Positions 61,656 through 64,000 of a DNA stretch of 64,000 nt are shown piece by piece; positions within the stretch are counted from its first letter, which is position 1, and every line of letters starts with the position of its first letter. The notes beneath the pieces were generated by a model. It saw nothing but the letters and a program-made list of their open reading frames with translations, did not search any database and was not told the DNA's origin. The DNA lies in assembly GCF_963921235.1 (NCBI RefSeq), contig NC_086103.1, positions 97,030,001-97,094,000 of the forward strand, given 5' to 3'. The position numbers and the translations under genes were made by a program. The DNA comes from Mobula hypostoma. Lineage: Eukaryota.

Positions 61656-63629
61656 AAGTGTGTGAACAGCTGACGCAGTTGCTGGCAGTGTCATCAGTCA
61701 CTAATGTCTGAGTATGTCAGCTACATGGCTTCCCGTGACCTGCACAACACAGTGGCTATGGACTGACCCGTTGTTAGATTCAGCCTTGTTGCCTAGCACA
61801 GCAATGTACAGCAGTACAAAGGCTGGGATTCCAGCACTGCATGGCTGTCTTTAATGATCTATTTTAGTACCCATTCTCTTTGCACTCTTACAGGAACATA
61901 GCCTGGGTGCCAAGTATGGTAGATGGAGAACTTTGGTTTCTGTTACAGGTTAGTTGGAGCTACACTCTCCTCAGCCTGGTCTGCCTGTGTCTCTTGGCTA
62001 GAGTGTTCCCAAACCCACCAGACATACGGTTCTCTTGATTGGGCAAATACTCTCTGAAGTATGAGTGGTGTCTGGATCACCTCACTGTACTGATAGACAA
62101 ACTGACACATTGAAACTGGCATTTCATTCCTCCCTAACTCAGAGGGATTGTGCTACGTTTGTGCCCAATGTTTTGTTTTATCTCAGCCAGACGTGCTTGA
62201 GGCATTTCAAACAACTAGACTGACCAATGACAGAACAACACATCATTATTGATGGGCATACTTAGAACTACCTGCTCATGTAACACCACAGCCTTTAATA
62301 TACATCCCATAGCACCTACCCTGTGGGAAGGAAGTGGTGGAATGGATCATTTCATTATCAGTTGTGCACCATGTGTGAGGTACCCCAGCCGGACTCTTTT
62401 ATATTCATAGTCCTTTGCATGTGAGGCGAATAGAGGCTTCAGGGAAATATTACCCTATACAATATGGGGATTTTTTCCTGTCTGTATTCAACCTGTCAAG
62501 ATCCCTGGGGATTTTATATGTTTCCTCTCATTCTTACAAATTGCAGTTGACGTTGTATTTTGTCACTTTCCCATCCAGCACTCAGGTACCCTCAGTTTTG
62601 TGGTCTTCACTTAATTCTGGCTATCCTCTTCAGAGGGACAATCACTCTCATCTCTCTTCACAGCAGAGTCTCTAAAGCAAATTTTCAACAAGCATGGATG
62701 CTATAGACTGCATGGCTTCCTTTTATGTCATCGATTGCCTATGGACCGGAAGAACACAGAGGTAGGGCCTAACATGGGCATTTGGGATAGGTGTAGGTAG
62801 ACATTATGGTCAACATAGATGAGGAAGGCCAAAAGGGTCCATTTCTGCCCTCTGTCCCTCGATGTTTCTATGAGCATGCCCAGCTCTGTGACAATGAAAC
62901 ATCTGGAATGGGTGTTCCGAGTCTGCTCTGACATTCATTACATGAATTCTTTCCTTCTGCAATTGCATGTTTAAATCAAAACTAGTTATTTTGACACAGA
63001 CAGGAAGAGTTTAATGGGCCTATAAACTTCACGAGAAAGAACTGAGAAGTGATTGGTTGGCCAGCAGCAGCAGAATATAATCCCTGCAATCATCCAGGAA
63101 CTTTGTCTGGAGATTGGATGAACAGCTGGTTCCCATGCCACAAAGAAGTGCTGGTACAGCAGTCCCACAGATCCAGTGATCTGGGTTTGATTGTGTTCCC
63201 TTGCTCTGCTGTGTCTCTCTGTGATTGCATGGATTTCCTCCTCATGAGGAAATACAAAAAATGAAAACAAGTAGGAGACTTGCAGCCTTCATACCCTTGG
63301 TAGGAAATGACCTACTGGTTTCCACTGAAATGGCTTGTAATAAGATCATAAGATGTAGGAACAGGAGATGGCACAAAAACTTCTCTTTCAATATTGACAG
63401 ACTTGTACTGTTGCCAGTACTCTAGACATGGAGTCAAGTTGACACAGCAGTGAAGAGTTCATTACTACTTTTATGCATTTGTTCCCTACTTACACATCAG
63501 GATCATATCCAAAGTGAAATTGCTTCACATTTCTAAATGCTCTCTCTATTTGGATGTTCTGTCAGATAGTAAATCCAGGATATCGTTAGTTTCACCTGAA
63601 TTCCACCGACTAATCAATCCCTGAATACC

Positions 63630-64000
63630 CTTTAAGGGGACAGATAGGCAATTCTGTGGATGCAAAAAAGAAACACAGATGGTAGTTTGCCACCCAGATG
63701 CCAGGATCTGCGATGTTTCCAAACATGTCCATAATATCCTGAAAAGGGAGGGTGAGCAGCTAGACGCCATGGTACATATTAGTATCAATTACATAAGTAG
63801 AAAAAGAGAGGAGACCCTGAAACCAGAGTACAGGGAGTTAGGAAGCTGAGAAGCAGGACCTCAAGGATAGTAATCTTGGCATTGCTGCCTGTGCCAAGCA
63901 ACAGTAAGGATAGGAATAGAATGAGGTGGCAGATAACAGTGTGGCTGATGAATTGGAGCAGGGGGCAGGGATTCAGATTTCTGGATAATTGGGACTTCTG
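63630..64000 (+). mobile_element. CR1 ORF1 remnant (SGNH esterase-like domain), runs off the window edge
   Basis: Manual translation: RGTDRQFCG..MVVCHPDARI.DV..ILKREGEQ..MVHI.IN, then after a frameshift RTSRIVI..LLPVP..WL..WSRGQGFRFLDNW. Confidence 0.75.

Overview
Vertebrate genomic DNA, most likely a cartilaginous fish (ray or shark; inferred from the CR1-dominated repeat landscape and protein divergence). The window holds the conserved LIG4 / ABHD13 / TNFSF13B (BAFF) block. LIG4 (+, single coding exon 55834-58572) and ABHD13 (-, single coding exon 38347-39360) face away from each other across a CpG-rich bidirectional promoter at about 53 kb. Exons 1-2 of BAFF lie on the - strand at 26.2-26.6 kb; I could not find its TNF-domain exons, so they probably lie left of the window. 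The first ~13.8 kb is a 25-bp tandem satellite built from kb-scale near-identical blocks, and it is probably intronic to BAFF. The rest is mostly nested transposon debris: CR1, Rex1/Babar-like and other LINEs, Tc1, a solo LTR, tiny hAT-like MITEs and Penelope-like elements (PLEs). The most unusual structures are the satellite and a size series of palindromic PLE insertions carrying minimal hammerhead-ribozyme motifs, two of them with clear target-site duplications. I found no convincing new protein-coding system. Repeat boundaries are approximate and family names come from recognition, not database searches.
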